This document shows positions 16,593 through 26,718 of a stretch of 58,323 nucleotides of DNA, in pieces. Location of the stretch: positions 1 through 58,323 of the forward strand of contig JAGRAN010000079.1 in assembly GCA_020434585.1 (NCBI GenBank), in the 5' to 3' direction. Each line of letters starts with the position of its first letter. Position 1 is the stretch's first letter. The DNA comes from Bdellovibrionales bacterium. Lineage in GTDB: Bacteria; Bdellovibrionota_C; UBA2361; SZUA-149; JAGRAN01. The translations under genes and the position numbers were made by a program. The notes under the pieces are model-generated. The model saw only the letters and a program-made list of their open reading frames with translations, did no database searches and was not told the DNA's origin.

Positions 16593-17480
16593 TCAGTTAG
16601 ATAGAATATTTCGTGGAAAGAACTTCGACGTCAGAGAGGCACTAATATCCTGGCCTTTATACGTAGTCTGTCCACTCAGTGTTAAATCAATACTTTGAAT
16701 ATCAACCCAATCATCGCTGATTGCGAAGCCGTCCATCACCGTTGTGTCCTGCATCGCAACCTGAACTTGAAAATCCTCGATTCCGTAAACGATATTTCTC
16801 GGGTTATCGGAGTCCTGATTAACTACTAGCTGCAGAAAGTCTCCAACGACAGAAACGTCCCATTCTTCCAGAATGTAGATCGCAGAAAATTCCGCCGGAT
16901 AGTCATGCTGCCAATTGCCCGAGTCGCGGTGAATCATTAAGTCTCCGCCAAAATCCTGCTCACTGTCATACTTGAAGAACTCGCCTTCGCCGTTTGCAAG
17001 ATTGACAATGTACGCATCAACAATGCCGCCTTCGTCAGTGCGATAGGTTGACCAACTGTTGTAAGAAGTAGACTGAGACGGATAAGTGCACGCTGGATTT
17101 CCTGCGAGCGGATCAGACAACATTACCCAGCTATTACTAGAGCCAGACGTCAGGTCCTGACATACCACCAGCACTTCGTCGAGCAGATTGCGGCGAATTA
17201 CCATTTCATCAGGTGTTGCGCCGCCGTCCGTAACAAGCAGAGCTGGAAATGTTGCCGGGAGGCGCTCACCTGTTTCGCGAGCGTTTGCAGCGAGAATATC
17301 CAGCGCGCTCCGAAGGTTTTGGTTCAATTCAGTGCGAACGATATCAACTTGATACAGTCTGTGGTTGGCCAGAATGACCGAATGCGTCAGCGACACGAGA
17401 ACCAGCCCCACCATCGAAGCGATGAGGAGTTCGGCAATTGTGGCGCCTCTATCGCAGCTTAGTGAACACAGTTTCAACAT
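16593..17480 (-). CDS. PilW/GspJ-like minor pilin, copy B
   Basis: Prepilin motif CDRG-ATIAELLIASMVGLVLVSL. I prefer the ATG at 17480 (MLKLCSLSCDRG...) over the TTG at 17513 used by the track. Either start overlaps the upstream gene by 32-65 nt. Confidence 0.7.
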   Translation of the reverse strand: MLKLCSLSCDRGATIAELLIASMVGLVLVSLTHSVILANHRLYQVDIVRTELNQNLRSALDILAANARETGERLPATFPALLVTDGGATPDEMVIRRNLLDEVLVVCQDLTSGSSNSWVMLSDPLAGNPACTYPSQSTSYNSWSTYRTDEGGIVDAYIVNLANGEGEFFKYDSEQDFGGDLMIHRDSGNWQHDYPAEFSAIYILEEWDVSVVGDFLQLVVNQDSDNPRNIVYGIEDFQVQVAMQDTTVMDGFAISDDWVDIQSIDLTLSGQTTYKGQDISASLTSKFFPRNILSN

Positions 17481-17835
17481 CGTATCTCTCTTCGTCGCGG
17501 TACGAAACCGCAATGCGAATATGCCGGTTGTTATTGCTTGTGCAGAAAGTCGGCTCCTCGCAGTAAAAAGTTGTTACATCAAAGTCTCTGTCGTTGACGG
17601 TTACCGTTTCCGGACCTTCGCTGCCCGTGGTCGGCAAGTCTGAAGGATCCTGAAGTCTCAGGTAGTCCATTCGCTGTTTTGCGGCAGCCAGTGCTTCCGT
17701 TCGAATTTGACTGCGCATGTTTAGCTTCGTCTGAGTGATGAAGAAATTAGGCATCCCTGCAAGCACGATTGAAAATATCGCCAGTGCAAACAAAACTTCC
17801 AACAGTGAAAACCCTTTCTGATTAGACTTCATCAA
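17449..17835 (-). CDS. PilV/GspI-like minor pilin, copy B
   Basis: 128 aa with prepilin motif QKG-FSLLEVLFALAIFSIVLAG. Confidence 0.75.
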   Translation of the reverse strand: MMKSNQKGFSLLEVLFALAIFSIVLAGMPNFFITQTKLNMRSQIRTEALAAAKQRMDYLRLQDPSDLPTTGSEGPETVTVNDRDFDVTTFYCEEPTFCTSNNNRHIRIAVSYRDEERYDVETVFTKLR

Positions 17836-18268
17836 TCCTCACCGCTCCTCCAAGAAACACCTCAACCGTTGAAGTATTACCTTCTTTGTCTTCCATCGTT
17901 ACGGTAATGTTGTCGTTTGCAATTCCGCGCGCTGAAAAGCACACTTCCCAAGCTGTGCTGGTAAACTCCAATTCAGTTGGTAAGTTGTAAGTTAGATCCG
18001 AGTCGAATGTGGTCGTTGCGTTGTCGCAGTTCACGCCGTAGGTCGTTGCAACCTGGGAGTTGCTGATTGCGTAAACACGATAGGCAGAAGTCGTGGCGAT
18101 CGCTTTGGAGCGCGCTTGCTTGAAAAAGCCGCCCAGCTGGGCCGAGCCTGTCTTTAGCGGACGCTCAAGATTGCGCAGGTTGTATACACTAATACCCATA
18201 ATGGTCATTGTCATCGAGACAACAACCAACAATTCGACTATTGTGTAACCTTTTTCAGACCTTGTCAT
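17822..18268 (-). CDS. FimU/FimT/GspH-like minor pilin, copy B
   Basis: 148 aa with prepilin motif EKG-YTIVELLVVVSMTMTIMG. First gene of operon B. Confidence 0.7.
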   Translation of the reverse strand: MTRSEKGYTIVELLVVVSMTMTIMGISVYNLRNLERPLKTGSAQLGGFFKQARSKAIATTSAYRVYAISNSQVATTYGVNCDNATTTFDSDLTYNLPTELEFTSTAWEVCFSARGIANDNITVTMEDKEGNTSTVEVFLGGAVRIDEV

Positions 18269-18690
18269 CCGCCCAAACCTCTAAAATCGGCTGACTCCTT
18301 CGTACTGTAAATCAAGAATTGGGCCAGTTTCAGTGTGAATACGCACATCTGTGGCTTCCTCAATTTCCCAGCTTTTGTCGCAAGTTAGCTATCGACAACA
18401 TCTTGCAAAGAAGTGACAAAAAACGGCAGCTTCAAACAGGTGGAAGTAGGGGGCCTGAAGTGGGAAAGTTTTTCGTAGTAACGGTGTAGAATCCTCGATC
18501 TAATCGACTTTTCATCTAGATCTCAGAACAAGTGTTTTAGTGAACCCTACAAAACCCAGGCTGGATGGGTATTCCCGGTGCTTGCCATATCAAGCTCGCC
18601 TTGGACGACTGAAGGCACTGCAGATATTTTCTACCCCATGTCCCGCGCTTATAGTGATTGGCGTTATCCACTCAGCATGGGAGAAATAGT

Positions 18691-19050
18691 ATGAATGTTT
18701 CACGGCGAGAGTTTTTTAAACGATCGATTTTGAGCGCGGTTTCTGTTCCAGCTTTAGCGCTGCTGATGAAGCCGCGCGTAGCTTGGGCATCTCCGGACTC
18801 TCCCGTCCCAGCAGGCGATCCGACAGCAACAGCCCTTGGGTATGTGAACGATGCTGCCTCGTCCGCTGAACGCAGCGCCAGAGGTGCTGAAGGTGCGAAG
18901 CAGCACTGTGAAAACTGCATTCTGTTCGCCACTGCTCCGCATAAAATCGACGGGCACGAAGGGATGTGGGGTAAGTGCAACGTAATCCAAAGCGGCCTAG
19001 TCAACGCCAAGGGATGGTGTAAATCCTGGGCACTTAAGCCAGGCATGTAA
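18691..19050 (+). CDS. High-potential iron-sulfur protein (HiPIP) with a Tat signal
   Basis: ATG at 18691 preceded by GGGAGAA. Twin-arginine motif SRREFFK. Four Cys in HiPIP spacing: HCENC ... GKC ... GWCKSW. Confidence 0.85.
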   Translation: MNVSRREFFKRSILSAVSVPALALLMKPRVAWASPDSPVPAGDPTATALGYVNDAASSAERSARGAEGAKQHCENCILFATAPHKIDGHEGMWGKCNVIQSGLVNAKGWCKSWALKPGM

Positions 19051-19062
19051 ACTGCCTTGCTG

Positions 19063-19089
19063 CGCTGCGCCGAGTTTCACGGCGCAGCG
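19063..19089 (+). terminator. Stem-loop downstream of HiPIP
   Basis: Perfect 10-bp arms CGCTGCGCCG (19063-19072) and CGGCGCAGCG (19080-19089) with a 7-nt loop. No clear T-tract follows. Confidence 0.5.
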
Positions 19090-19220
19090 TGTCAACTCCA
19101 ACCTGTTGAAATTCCAGCAACTTACTCTCTTGCTGAAGCACTCACCGCGCCAGCCCTGACTAGTGTTTAGGCATCGCTGCATGAGCGGTGGTAGTATCAA
19201 GACGTGCTGGAGGTTTAGAG

Positions 19221-19550
19221 ATGCCGCATTCGATAGTAAAAAAGTTATTCGATTCAATTGCGGAGCTGGAACGCTCAGTTGATTTAGCCAAGCGAGCCTT
19301 CGCTTCCAGCGCGATTGTTCGAAACGATCTTCTCGACCGAGTAAATCAATACGATTCCGTCCTACACAAACAGCGCCAACTAGTATCTCAACTAACAGAC
19401 TGCGTTGAACGTGAAGACTGGCCAGAAGTTACTCGCCATATCAAGCTGATCAATGGGCTTTCGTCTCTTATTCACGAAGACGCAAGATCGCTGATTGCGG
19501 AAATTTCTGTGGACCGAAAGGACTCGAGTTCCGGAAAAGCGGCGCAGTAG
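19221..19550 (+). CDS. Hypothetical helical protein
   Basis: ATG at 19221 preceded by GGAGG, 109 aa. No family recognised. Confidence 0.45.
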   Translation: MPHSIVKKLFDSIAELERSVDLAKRAFASSAIVRNDLLDRVNQYDSVLHKQRQLVSQLTDCVEREDWPEVTRHIKLINGLSSLIHEDARSLIAEISVDRKDSSSGKAAQ

Positions 19551-19560
19551 CGAACCGCCT

Positions 19561-22011
19561 TCACTTCACAACAAAGTTGACCAAACGACCGGGAACAGCA
19601 ATTTCTCGTATTATTTCTTTTCCTTCCAGATAGGCCGCAGCCTTCTCGCATTTGCGAGCTTCGCTCAGCATGTCTTCTTTGCTGATGTCTGCGGGGACTT
19701 CCATTTTGTCACGCAGTTTTCCATTGACTTGAACCGCTATCACAACTTGTTCGAGTTGGACCAAGTCGGGATCGTATTTAGGCCACGGCTCATACGCAAT
19801 GCTGTCGTCATGCCCTAGGCGCTGCCAGAGCTCCTCTGCTATGTGCGGTGCAAAAGGAGAAAGGAGCTGAACGAATCTGCTTACTACGCTGTGCGAGAGG
19901 CTCGTTTCTTTCGCCGCGTCATTGACAAACGTCATCATCGAAGCAATTGCAGTGTGTAGCCGTAGTCCTTCGATATCTTCGGTTACCTTTTTAATTGTTC
20001 TTTGCAGCGAACGCTCGATCGGGGTGTCTCTTTCAGACTCCGCTGAGGCGGCCTCGATTGAATCGCGCAAGGTTCCGTCTTCTGAGATAATTAGGCGCCA
20101 AGCTTTGCTGAGGAACTTAAATGAGCCACTGACCGACTTTGTGTTCCAGGGCTTTACCTGCTCGAGCGGCCCCATAAACATTTCGTAGAGCCTAAGAGTA
20201 TCGGCGCCGTATTCCTGAATTATATCGTCAGGGTTGATTACGTTGCCCCGTGACTTGGACATCTTCTGATTGTCCTCTCCGAGGATCATGCCCTGGTTGA
20301 CGAGCTTCTTGAACGGTTCCTTAGTCGAAACAACGCCGATATCGTACAGAACGTGGTGCCAGAATCTAGCGTAAAGCAAATGCAATACCGCGTGTTCCAC
20401 GCCGCCGATGTATAAGTCAACCGGCATCCAATACGACTCGATTTTTTTATCCCATGCTTCGCTATCGTTGGTGGGATCAAGGAAGCGCAAATAGTACCAG
20501 CAGCTTCCCGCCCACTGCGGCATGGTATTTGTTTCGCGCAGGGCCGGTTCGCCAGTTTCTGGATCTTTGGTGTTCACCCATTGCTCGGCTCGCGCAAGCG
20601 GCGGTTGCCCGTCCTCTGTCGGCTTAAAATCTTCGACTTCCGGCAAAAGAATCGGAAGTTCGCTTTCGGGAAGCAGCTTGGGGCCGTTCTTGGTGTGAAT
20701 GATTGGAAACGGCTCGCCCCAGTAGCGTTGGCGACTAAACAGCCAGTCTCTAAGCTTATAATTTACCGACCGCTTGCCAAGCTGCTCTGACTCGAGCCAG
20801 TTGATCATTTTTTCTTTCGCCGCGGCAACGGTCAGCCCGTCTAGAAATCCTGAATTAACAAGCTTGCCTTCTCCGTCGTAGGCGGCTAGCTGAACATCTC
20901 CACCGGATACAACTTCTACAATGTCTAGGTCGAACTTCTTGGCGAACTCCCAGTCTCGCTGGTCATGTCCCGGAACAGCCATTATCGCGCCGGTGCCGTA
21001 GGTGATCAGCACGTAGTCCGCTACATATATCGGTATATTCTGCTGATTAACCGGGTTGATCGCAAAAGCCCCAGTGAATACGCCTGTCTTTTTGTTCGCT
21101 TCTTCGAGGCGCAAGCGGTCGCTCTTGTTTTTCGCCTCCTGGATATATTTCTCAACAGACTCACGCTGCTCATCGGAAACAATCGTCTCAATTATCTGGT
21201 GCTCCGGCGCAAGAACTGCGTATGTCGCTCCAAACAGGGTGTCCGGCCGGGTCGTATAAATCTCGAAAGAAACTCCTTCATGACCGGCAACGTGAAAAGG
21301 CATCTGAGCGCCTTCGCTTTTGCCTATCCAGTTGCGCTGCATTTCGAGCACACCTTCCGGCCAGTCTAAATCTTCAAGACTTTCAAGTAAGCTCTCTGCG
21401 TAGTCAGTAATTTTTAGCACCCACTGGCGCATCGGTTTGCGCACAACGTCGTGCCCGCCGCGTTCGCTTTTGCCGTCAATAACTTCTTCGTTGGCGAGGA
21501 CGGTTCCCAACGCTGGGCACCAATTCACCGGGACTTCGTCGACGTATGCCAAGCCTTTTTCATAGAGCTTGCAGAATATCCATTGTGTCCACTTATAGTA
21601 CGAGGGATCACATGTGGCGACTTCTCTGTCCCAGTCATAAGAAAAGCCGAGCGAACGAATCTGTCTGCGGAACGTATCTATGTTTTTGCGAGTTGTTATC
21701 GCTGGATGAGTGCCGGTTTGAATCGCATACTGCTCCGCAGGGAGACCGAATGCGTCCCAACCCATTGGATGCAGCACATTGAAACCGTTCATCCGCTTGT
21801 AGCGCGCAATAATGTCCGAAGCGGTGTAGCCTTCAGGATGCCCAACGTGCAGCCCCGCACCGGAAGGGTAGGGGAACATGTCTAGGATGTAATACTTTGG
21901 TTTCGACGAGTCGACTTTGACTGAAAACGTTTTGTTCTCCAGCCAGTAATCCTGCCACTTCGGTTCGATCTCTTGCGGGCTGTATTTGCCGCTTTCCGCT
22001 TCCGCCATCAC
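19561..22011 (-). CDS. leuS: Leucine--tRNA ligase
   Basis: 816 aa with the HIGH-type motif HVGHPEGY and KMSKS. Typical LeuS N-terminus [14 protein letters not shown]. Confidence 0.97.
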   Translation of the reverse strand: MMAEAESGKYSPQEIEPKWQDYWLENKTFSVKVDSSKPKYYILDMFPYPSGAGLHVGHPEGYTASDIIARYKRMNGFNVLHPMGWDAFGLPAEQYAIQTGTHPAITTRKNIDTFRRQIRSLGFSYDWDREVATCDPSYYKWTQWIFCKLYEKGLAYVDEVPVNWCPALGTVLANEEVIDGKSERGGHDVVRKPMRQWVLKITDYAESLLESLEDLDWPEGVLEMQRNWIGKSEGAQMPFHVAGHEGVSFEIYTTRPDTLFGATYAVLAPEHQIIETIVSDEQRESVEKYIQEAKNKSDRLRLEEANKKTGVFTGAFAINPVNQQNIPIYVADYVLITYGTGAIMAVPGHDQRDWEFAKKFDLDIVEVVSGGDVQLAAYDGEGKLVNSGFLDGLTVAAAKEKMINWLESEQLGKRSVNYKLRDWLFSRQRYWGEPFPIIHTKNGPKLLPESELPILLPEVEDFKPTEDGQPPLARAEQWVNTKDPETGEPALRETNTMPQWAGSCWYYLRFLDPTNDSEAWDKKIESYWMPVDLYIGGVEHAVLHLLYARFWHHVLYDIGVVSTKEPFKKLVNQGMILGEDNQKMSKSRGNVINPDDIIQEYGADTLRLYEMFMGPLEQVKPWNTKSVSGSFKFLSKAWRLIISEDGTLRDSIEAASAESERDTPIERSLQRTIKKVTEDIEGLRLHTAIASMMTFVNDAAKETSLSHSVVSRFVQLLSPFAPHIAEELWQRLGHDDSIAYEPWPKYDPDLVQLEQVVIAVQVNGKLRDKMEVPADISKEDMLSEARKCEKAAAYLEGKEIIREIAVPGRLVNFVVK

Positions 22012-22145
22012 CGCGATGCTCCGGTCCTTTACTAGCTGCCTGAGGGAGTATATTGTTTTCCCCTGCTAACAGGCAGTAATTATACGAGGTAATTTCCTCC
22101 CGTAATATTGCCGCAGGAACTTAAGCATATCAACTGCCAAGCGAG

Positions 22146-22757
22146 GTGTTTAGCCGAATGAAACAGTTCAGATTTGAGGGTATTTTGGCGGCTGCGGCCC
22201 TGCTGCTGTTCGGTGGATGCGGATACCAGTTTCAGGGAAGCGGAACATCTCTTCCGACTGATATTAAAACTATCGCCGTAGCCCCCGTCGAAAACGAAAC
22301 TTTAGTAGCCGGACTAGGCAGGGAAGTTGAAGAATCCATCGGAACAATGATCGAGAGCTTCGGAGCTCTGCGGGTAGCCTCTAGTGAATCTGACGGGGAC
22401 GCCGTTTTACGAGCTTCCATTAAGAATCTCGATACCCGAGTGCGCAGCGTTACCGGCGCAAATGATATCGCCCTAGAATATGACCTTACTATAACCGTTG
22501 CTGCCGAACTTAGGCGGCGCAATGGTCAGCTGCTGTGGAGAAACCCGGCCGTAATGGCTTCGCAGCAGATTGCAGGCACAAGCTCCGTGGTCGTGACATC
22601 GGGGTCAGACTTCGCACAAGGCGGAATTAGCGGCCAATCACTGTCCACTTTGGATGATAAGGAAGTCGAACGTGGGGCAGGGCGAGCCGCCTTAAACGAT
22701 CTTATTGAAGAGATTTCCCGTCGAATTTATATCGAAGCTGTTGCGGAAGATTTCTAG
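22146..22757 (+). CDS. lptE: LPS-assembly lipoprotein LptE-like
   Basis: 203 aa with lipobox LLFGG-C followed by GYQFQGSG, typical of LptE. Adjacent to leuS as in many Proteobacteria, but divergent here. Confidence 0.55.
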   Translation: MFSRMKQFRFEGILAAAALLLFGGCGYQFQGSGTSLPTDIKTIAVAPVENETLVAGLGREVEESIGTMIESFGALRVASSESDGDAVLRASIKNLDTRVRSVTGANDIALEYDLTITVAAELRRRNGQLLWRNPAVMASQQIAGTSSVVVTSGSDFAQGGISGQSLSTLDDKEVERGAGRAALNDLIEEISRRIYIEAVAEDF

Positions 22758-23023
22758 ACGTTCTGAGCGCGAACAATGTGAGCACGTAGGCGGGATTTGG
22801 TTCTCGCTACTGTGTTCTTATGCATGACACCTTGAACATCTGCTTTATCGAGCAGTCTTACGACCTTTTTCTCGAACTCTTCAGCCTTAGCGATGTCTTT
22901 GCTCTCAGCAGCAGCTTTCGCATTTTTCAGCGCGGTGCGAATGGTTGCCTTCGCGTTACGATTGCGATCTCGCTTTTTAAGATTTTGTCTGTGTCGCTTT
23001 TCAGCTGATTTGTGATTCGCCAT
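22754..23023 (-). CDS. rpsT: 30S ribosomal protein S20
   Basis: 89 aa, MANHKSAEKRHRQNLKKRDRNRNAKATIRT. Confidence 0.95.
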   Translation of the reverse strand: MANHKSAEKRHRQNLKKRDRNRNAKATIRTALKNAKAAAESKDIAKAEEFEKKVVRLLDKADVQGVMHKNTVARTKSRLRAHIVRAQNV

Positions 23024-23129
23024 TGTTAGCTGCTGTGGTTTTACTTTCCCAAAAATATCGGCGGCTTATTACCGCAAGAAGGCGTAATCTATCCTAATGC
23101 TCGCACTCTGTAAAGTCCGATTACCGCAA

Positions 23130-24002
23130 TTATTTCAGGGACTTGCCAGTAGGATTTGCCAGTTGAGCCTTAACTTCCTGCCACTTTTGCTCCAGTTCCT
23201 CGTCGGAAGCGTCTGCCATCGAGCGCTCACCAAAAGATGTCTCCAGCACTCTGAACCGCGATTCAAACCGGTCGCATGCGCTTTTCAGAACTGACTCGGC
23301 GTCCGAACCGAGCCAGCGAGCAAGCTGCGCAGACGCAAACATCAGATCTCCTAATTCGTGTAAACGCTGCTTCCGCACATTCTGCGAATCCTCAGCTGTC
23401 TGCATTTCGTGCTGAAGCTCATGAAATTCTTCGTCGACCTTGCTCCACACATCTGCAGCACTACGCCAATCGAAATTCTTCTGACCGGCTTTCAGGCCCA
23501 TTTGATGAGCGCGTGCAGCCGCTGGCATCGACTTAGGAACTCCGTCAAGCACGGACTTCGGTCCATCGGCCTTTTCGCTCTGCTTTATTTCAGTCCAGTT
23601 TCGAATAACCTGTTCAGCGGTTTCCGCTTTAACGTCCCCAAACACATGCGGATGCCTGCGCACCATTTTATCCGCAATTCGTTCGATTACATCGTCAATT
23701 GCAAATGCGTTACGATCTTTTGCAACTTGAGCGTGCAGCACGACCTGCAGCAAGACATCGCCCAACTCGCCGCATAGCTCCTCGTCATCTTCTCGTTCAA
23801 TCGCATCGAGCAGCTCATACGCTTCTTCAATCATGTACGGTTTCAATGACACGTGAGTCTGTTTTAAATCCCACGGACATCCTGTCTCCGGGTCCCTCAG
23901 TTCCCGAATAATCCCCACAAATCTCTCAAACGGCTTTTCCGACACGACGCGTCTCCAAGGTGAATTGACCACCAAGCTGTAGCACACATCTTGATTGAGC
24001 AC
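23130..24002 (-). CDS. mazG: Nucleoside triphosphate pyrophosphohydrolase MazG
   Basis: Motifs LRDPETGCPWDLKQTH and EEAYELLDAIE, with two MazG-type repeats. Confidence 0.9.
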   Translation of the reverse strand: MLNQDVCYSLVVNSPWRRVVSEKPFERFVGIIRELRDPETGCPWDLKQTHVSLKPYMIEEAYELLDAIEREDDEELCGELGDVLLQVVLHAQVAKDRNAFAIDDVIERIADKMVRRHPHVFGDVKAETAEQVIRNWTEIKQSEKADGPKSVLDGVPKSMPAAARAHQMGLKAGQKNFDWRSAADVWSKVDEEFHELQHEMQTAEDSQNVRKQRLHELGDLMFASAQLARWLGSDAESVLKSACDRFESRFRVLETSFGERSMADASDEELEQKWQEVKAQLANPTGKSLK

Positions 24003-24036
24003 ATTCTCGGCAGGGACAGCCTAACTTATTCTTGTA

Positions 24037-24062
24037 TTTTCGTGCACGTGCACGTGCACGAA
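24037..24062. repeat. Perfect 26-bp palindrome TTTC(GTGCAC)3GAAA
   Basis: Read directly, in the intergenic region between pilU and mazG. The central 20 bp alternate strictly pyrimidine/purine. Confidence 0.95.
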
Positions 24063-24114
24063 ATCCGCCATTGCACAGCGGTGGAGGGCATCAACTTCGA
24101 TATGAAAAGTAGGA

Positions 24115-25260
24115 CTATCCCTGCTCCATTTGAAGAGAGAAGTCTTCTTCCTCGCCTTCACCTGGCTTGAAAGCCGAATTCTTCTTATCGAGCGAACCTT
24201 CCTCAGCAAGCTTAATCTTAAGCCGCAGGTTATTTGCGCTATCGGCGTTCCTAAGCGCCTCGTCGAGGGAAATCACGCCGTCGCGATACAATTCAAACAA
24301 GCTCTGATCGAACGTCTGCATTCCAACAGTCGTGCTAATCTCCATCGCTTCCTTAAGTTCAGCAATTTTAGCCTTATGAATCAGATCTCTTACGCGAGGA
24401 GTTCCGAGCAAGATTTCGACTGCAGCCGTACGAGAGCCGTCAACGGTTCGTACTAAGCGCTGACTGACGATTGCTCGAAGGTTCAGGCTTAACTGAAGGT
24501 AGAGCTGGCCGTGCTTTTCCGGCGGGAAAAAGTTCATCACTCGCTCCATCGCCTGGTTCGCGTTGTTGGAGTGAAGGGTCGCCAAACAAAGGTGTCCGGT
24601 TTCAGCAAAGTTAATTGCGGACTCCATTGACTCTAAGTCTCGAATCTCACCAACTAGAACGACATCAGGCGCCTGACGCAGAGCATTTTTTAGCGCGGTG
24701 TGATAGTTGGCGGTATCCATACCGATCTCTCGCTGCGTGATTAGAGATTTCTTGTGGGTATGGACGAATTCAATTGGGTCCTCAATCGTCACGATATGAC
24801 CGGCCTGATTGGCGTTTCGATAATCAATCATTGCCGCCAAGCTTGTCGATTTACCAGATCCAGTCGCTCCAACCATTAAGACCAGTCCGCGCTTAGTCAT
24901 CGAGACTTCTTTAAGCACCGTAGGAAGGTTTAGTTCATCGAGAGTAGGAACAATTGTTTTGATTTGGCGAATGACCATCGCCACACAGCCGCGCTGACGC
25001 ATTACGTTAACTCGGTAGCGCCCAAGGCCTGAATAATACAACGCCAGGTTCTGTTCGTTCTTTTCCTCGAAGTCACGCTGCTGCGTATCATTCATTACGC
25101 TCATCGCCAGCATTTCGGTTTCTTCCGGCTCCAGGCATCGGTTGCCGGCAGGTCGAACCACGCCGTTTACCCGGTAGCACGGTGGACTGTCGACCGTGAT
25201 GTACAGATCTGAGGAGTCGTGTTCGTTCATGACAGTGAGCAACTTGCGAATGTCGAGCAT
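24115..25260 (-). CDS. pilU: Type IV pilus retraction ATPase PilU-like
   Basis: 381 aa with Walker A GATGSGKST. PilT/PilU family throughout, with the PilU-like variant GTPRVRDLIHKAK in place of the PilT AIRNLIRE motif. Confidence 0.85.
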   Translation of the reverse strand: MLDIRKLLTVMNEHDSSDLYITVDSPPCYRVNGVVRPAGNRCLEPEETEMLAMSVMNDTQQRDFEEKNEQNLALYYSGLGRYRVNVMRQRGCVAMVIRQIKTIVPTLDELNLPTVLKEVSMTKRGLVLMVGATGSGKSTSLAAMIDYRNANQAGHIVTIEDPIEFVHTHKKSLITQREIGMDTANYHTALKNALRQAPDVVLVGEIRDLESMESAINFAETGHLCLATLHSNNANQAMERVMNFFPPEKHGQLYLQLSLNLRAIVSQRLVRTVDGSRTAAVEILLGTPRVRDLIHKAKIAELKEAMEISTTVGMQTFDQSLFELYRDGVISLDEALRNADSANNLRLKIKLAEEGSLDKKNSAFKPGEGEEEDFSLQMEQG

Positions 25261-25263
25261 GTC

Positions 25264-26343
25264 TTAGCGTCCGTAGTTAGTTGCGCTGCTGCTTTGTGCA
25301 GCACCTTCATCGAAGAGATTCGGGTTTCCACTCTTCTCAATGGCGGTTTCACGCGTTATTAGATTGGCTGTCACCAGCTCAATTAGGTTCATTTCAAGTG
25401 TCTTCATCCCTGACGCTTGGCCCGTCTGCATAATACTCGGTATTTGGTGAATCTTGTTTTCACGAATCAAGTTGCGCACAGCTGTATTCCCGAGCAGTAT
25501 CTCCAGCGCTGCAACTCTTCCTCCGCCAACCTTCTTGCACAAAGTCTGGGTGATAATGGCCTGAATCGACTCTGACAGCATGGCACGAACCTGCCCCTGC
25601 TGAGCGGAAGGGAAAACATCAATAATTCGGTCGACGGTTTTGGGAGCGCTTGACGTGTGCAGGGTTCCAAACACAAGGTGTCCAGTTTCTGCAGCAGTTA
25701 GCGCTAACTGAATCGTTTCAAGATCCCGCATTTCGCCCACGAGGATGATATCCGGGTCTTCGCGAAGCGCTGCACGAAGCGCCGATGCGAATGAGTTCGT
25801 GTGTGGACCTACTTCGCGCTGGTTGACCAGGCACTTTTTGGACTTGTGTACGAATTCCACCGGGTCTTCGATAGTAAGAATATGTTCTTCGCGCTCGCGG
25901 TTGATCAAATCAATCATCGCCGCAAGCGTTGTAGATTTACCAGAACCTGTTGGTCCGGTGACGAGGACTAGGCCTCTCTCTTTGCGTACGAGTTCTTTTA
26001 GAATATCCGGAAGACCGAGCTGTTCGATGCTCATGATCACGGAAGGAATAGTTCGAAAGACTGCTCCCATTCCGCGCCGTTGTCTAAAAATGTTTACACG
26101 GAAGCGAGCTTCTTCGCCGAGCTCCATCGAGAAGTCGACGTCGTTTGATTCTTCAAAACCTTTGCGTTGAGCGTCGCCCATGATGTCGTACAACATCGCG
26201 TGCGTCTGCTCAGGTGAAAGTGCAGGCACTTTCACTTTTTTCATATCGCCATCGACCCGAATAATCGGGGGCTCTCCAGCGCTGATGTGGAGGTCAGAAC
26301 CTCCCTGCTGGTAGGTGAATGTTAGAAGTTGTGCAATGTCCAT
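25264..26343 (-). CDS. pilT: Twitching motility ATPase PilT
   Basis: 359 aa with Walker A GPTGSGKST, the AVRNLIRENK motif and GTLHT. Confidence 0.92.
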   Translation of the reverse strand: MDIAQLLTFTYQQGGSDLHISAGEPPIIRVDGDMKKVKVPALSPEQTHAMLYDIMGDAQRKGFEESNDVDFSMELGEEARFRVNIFRQRRGMGAVFRTIPSVIMSIEQLGLPDILKELVRKERGLVLVTGPTGSGKSTTLAAMIDLINREREEHILTIEDPVEFVHKSKKCLVNQREVGPHTNSFASALRAALREDPDIILVGEMRDLETIQLALTAAETGHLVFGTLHTSSAPKTVDRIIDVFPSAQQGQVRAMLSESIQAIITQTLCKKVGGGRVAALEILLGNTAVRNLIRENKIHQIPSIMQTGQASGMKTLEMNLIELVTANLITRETAIEKSGNPNLFDEGAAQSSSATNYGR

Positions 26344-26488
26344 ATCGCGTACGCAGCTATCCGAATCTGATCTTTTCTACCCAGTATGTAATGTCGAATG
26401 ATTTTGCCTGCAGCTTGACAGTTGAGTTCCTAAACCAAATTTTAGCTAAAACCGATTAAATTTCAACAACTTACTGCCAGCGCTGCAG

Positions 26489-26689
26489 CTATGCCGTCAT
26501 CTGCGCGCTACTTTGCTGGGGCGCCCAGCCAACTGCACTGCCTGCAGCAGAGAAGGTCTGACATAGATTTGCCTGAAGCAGGTAAATTCCGGTGAGCAGT
26601 CCGGTAACCATAACGGCCGCCACGATTACGTACTCGTACATAACCGCACCATCTTCAAAATCGCGATGTTGCTTAGACCGTTTAAGCAT
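26489..26689 (-). CDS. Flp-type pilin-like small protein
   Basis: 66 aa. DG-AVMYEYVIVAAVMVTGLLTGIYLL fits the G-xxxxEY motif plus a hydrophobic helix. Paralogous to 26719..26937 (LxxNxxQTFSxxGSAV). Confidence 0.55.
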   Translation of the reverse strand: MLKRSKQHRDFEDGAVMYEYVIVAAVMVTGLLTGIYLLQANLCQTFSAAGSAVGWAPQQSSAQMTA

Positions 26690-26718
26690 TCTTATTACCG
26701 TTTAATGACGGCTCCAGT

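Noticed and set aside
24021-24209. 62-aa minus-strand ORF spanning the (GTGCAC)3 palindrome (it encodes HVHVHE).
   Set aside because: It overlaps the 3' end of pilU and the intergenic palindrome. The open frame is most likely a by-product of the repeat.
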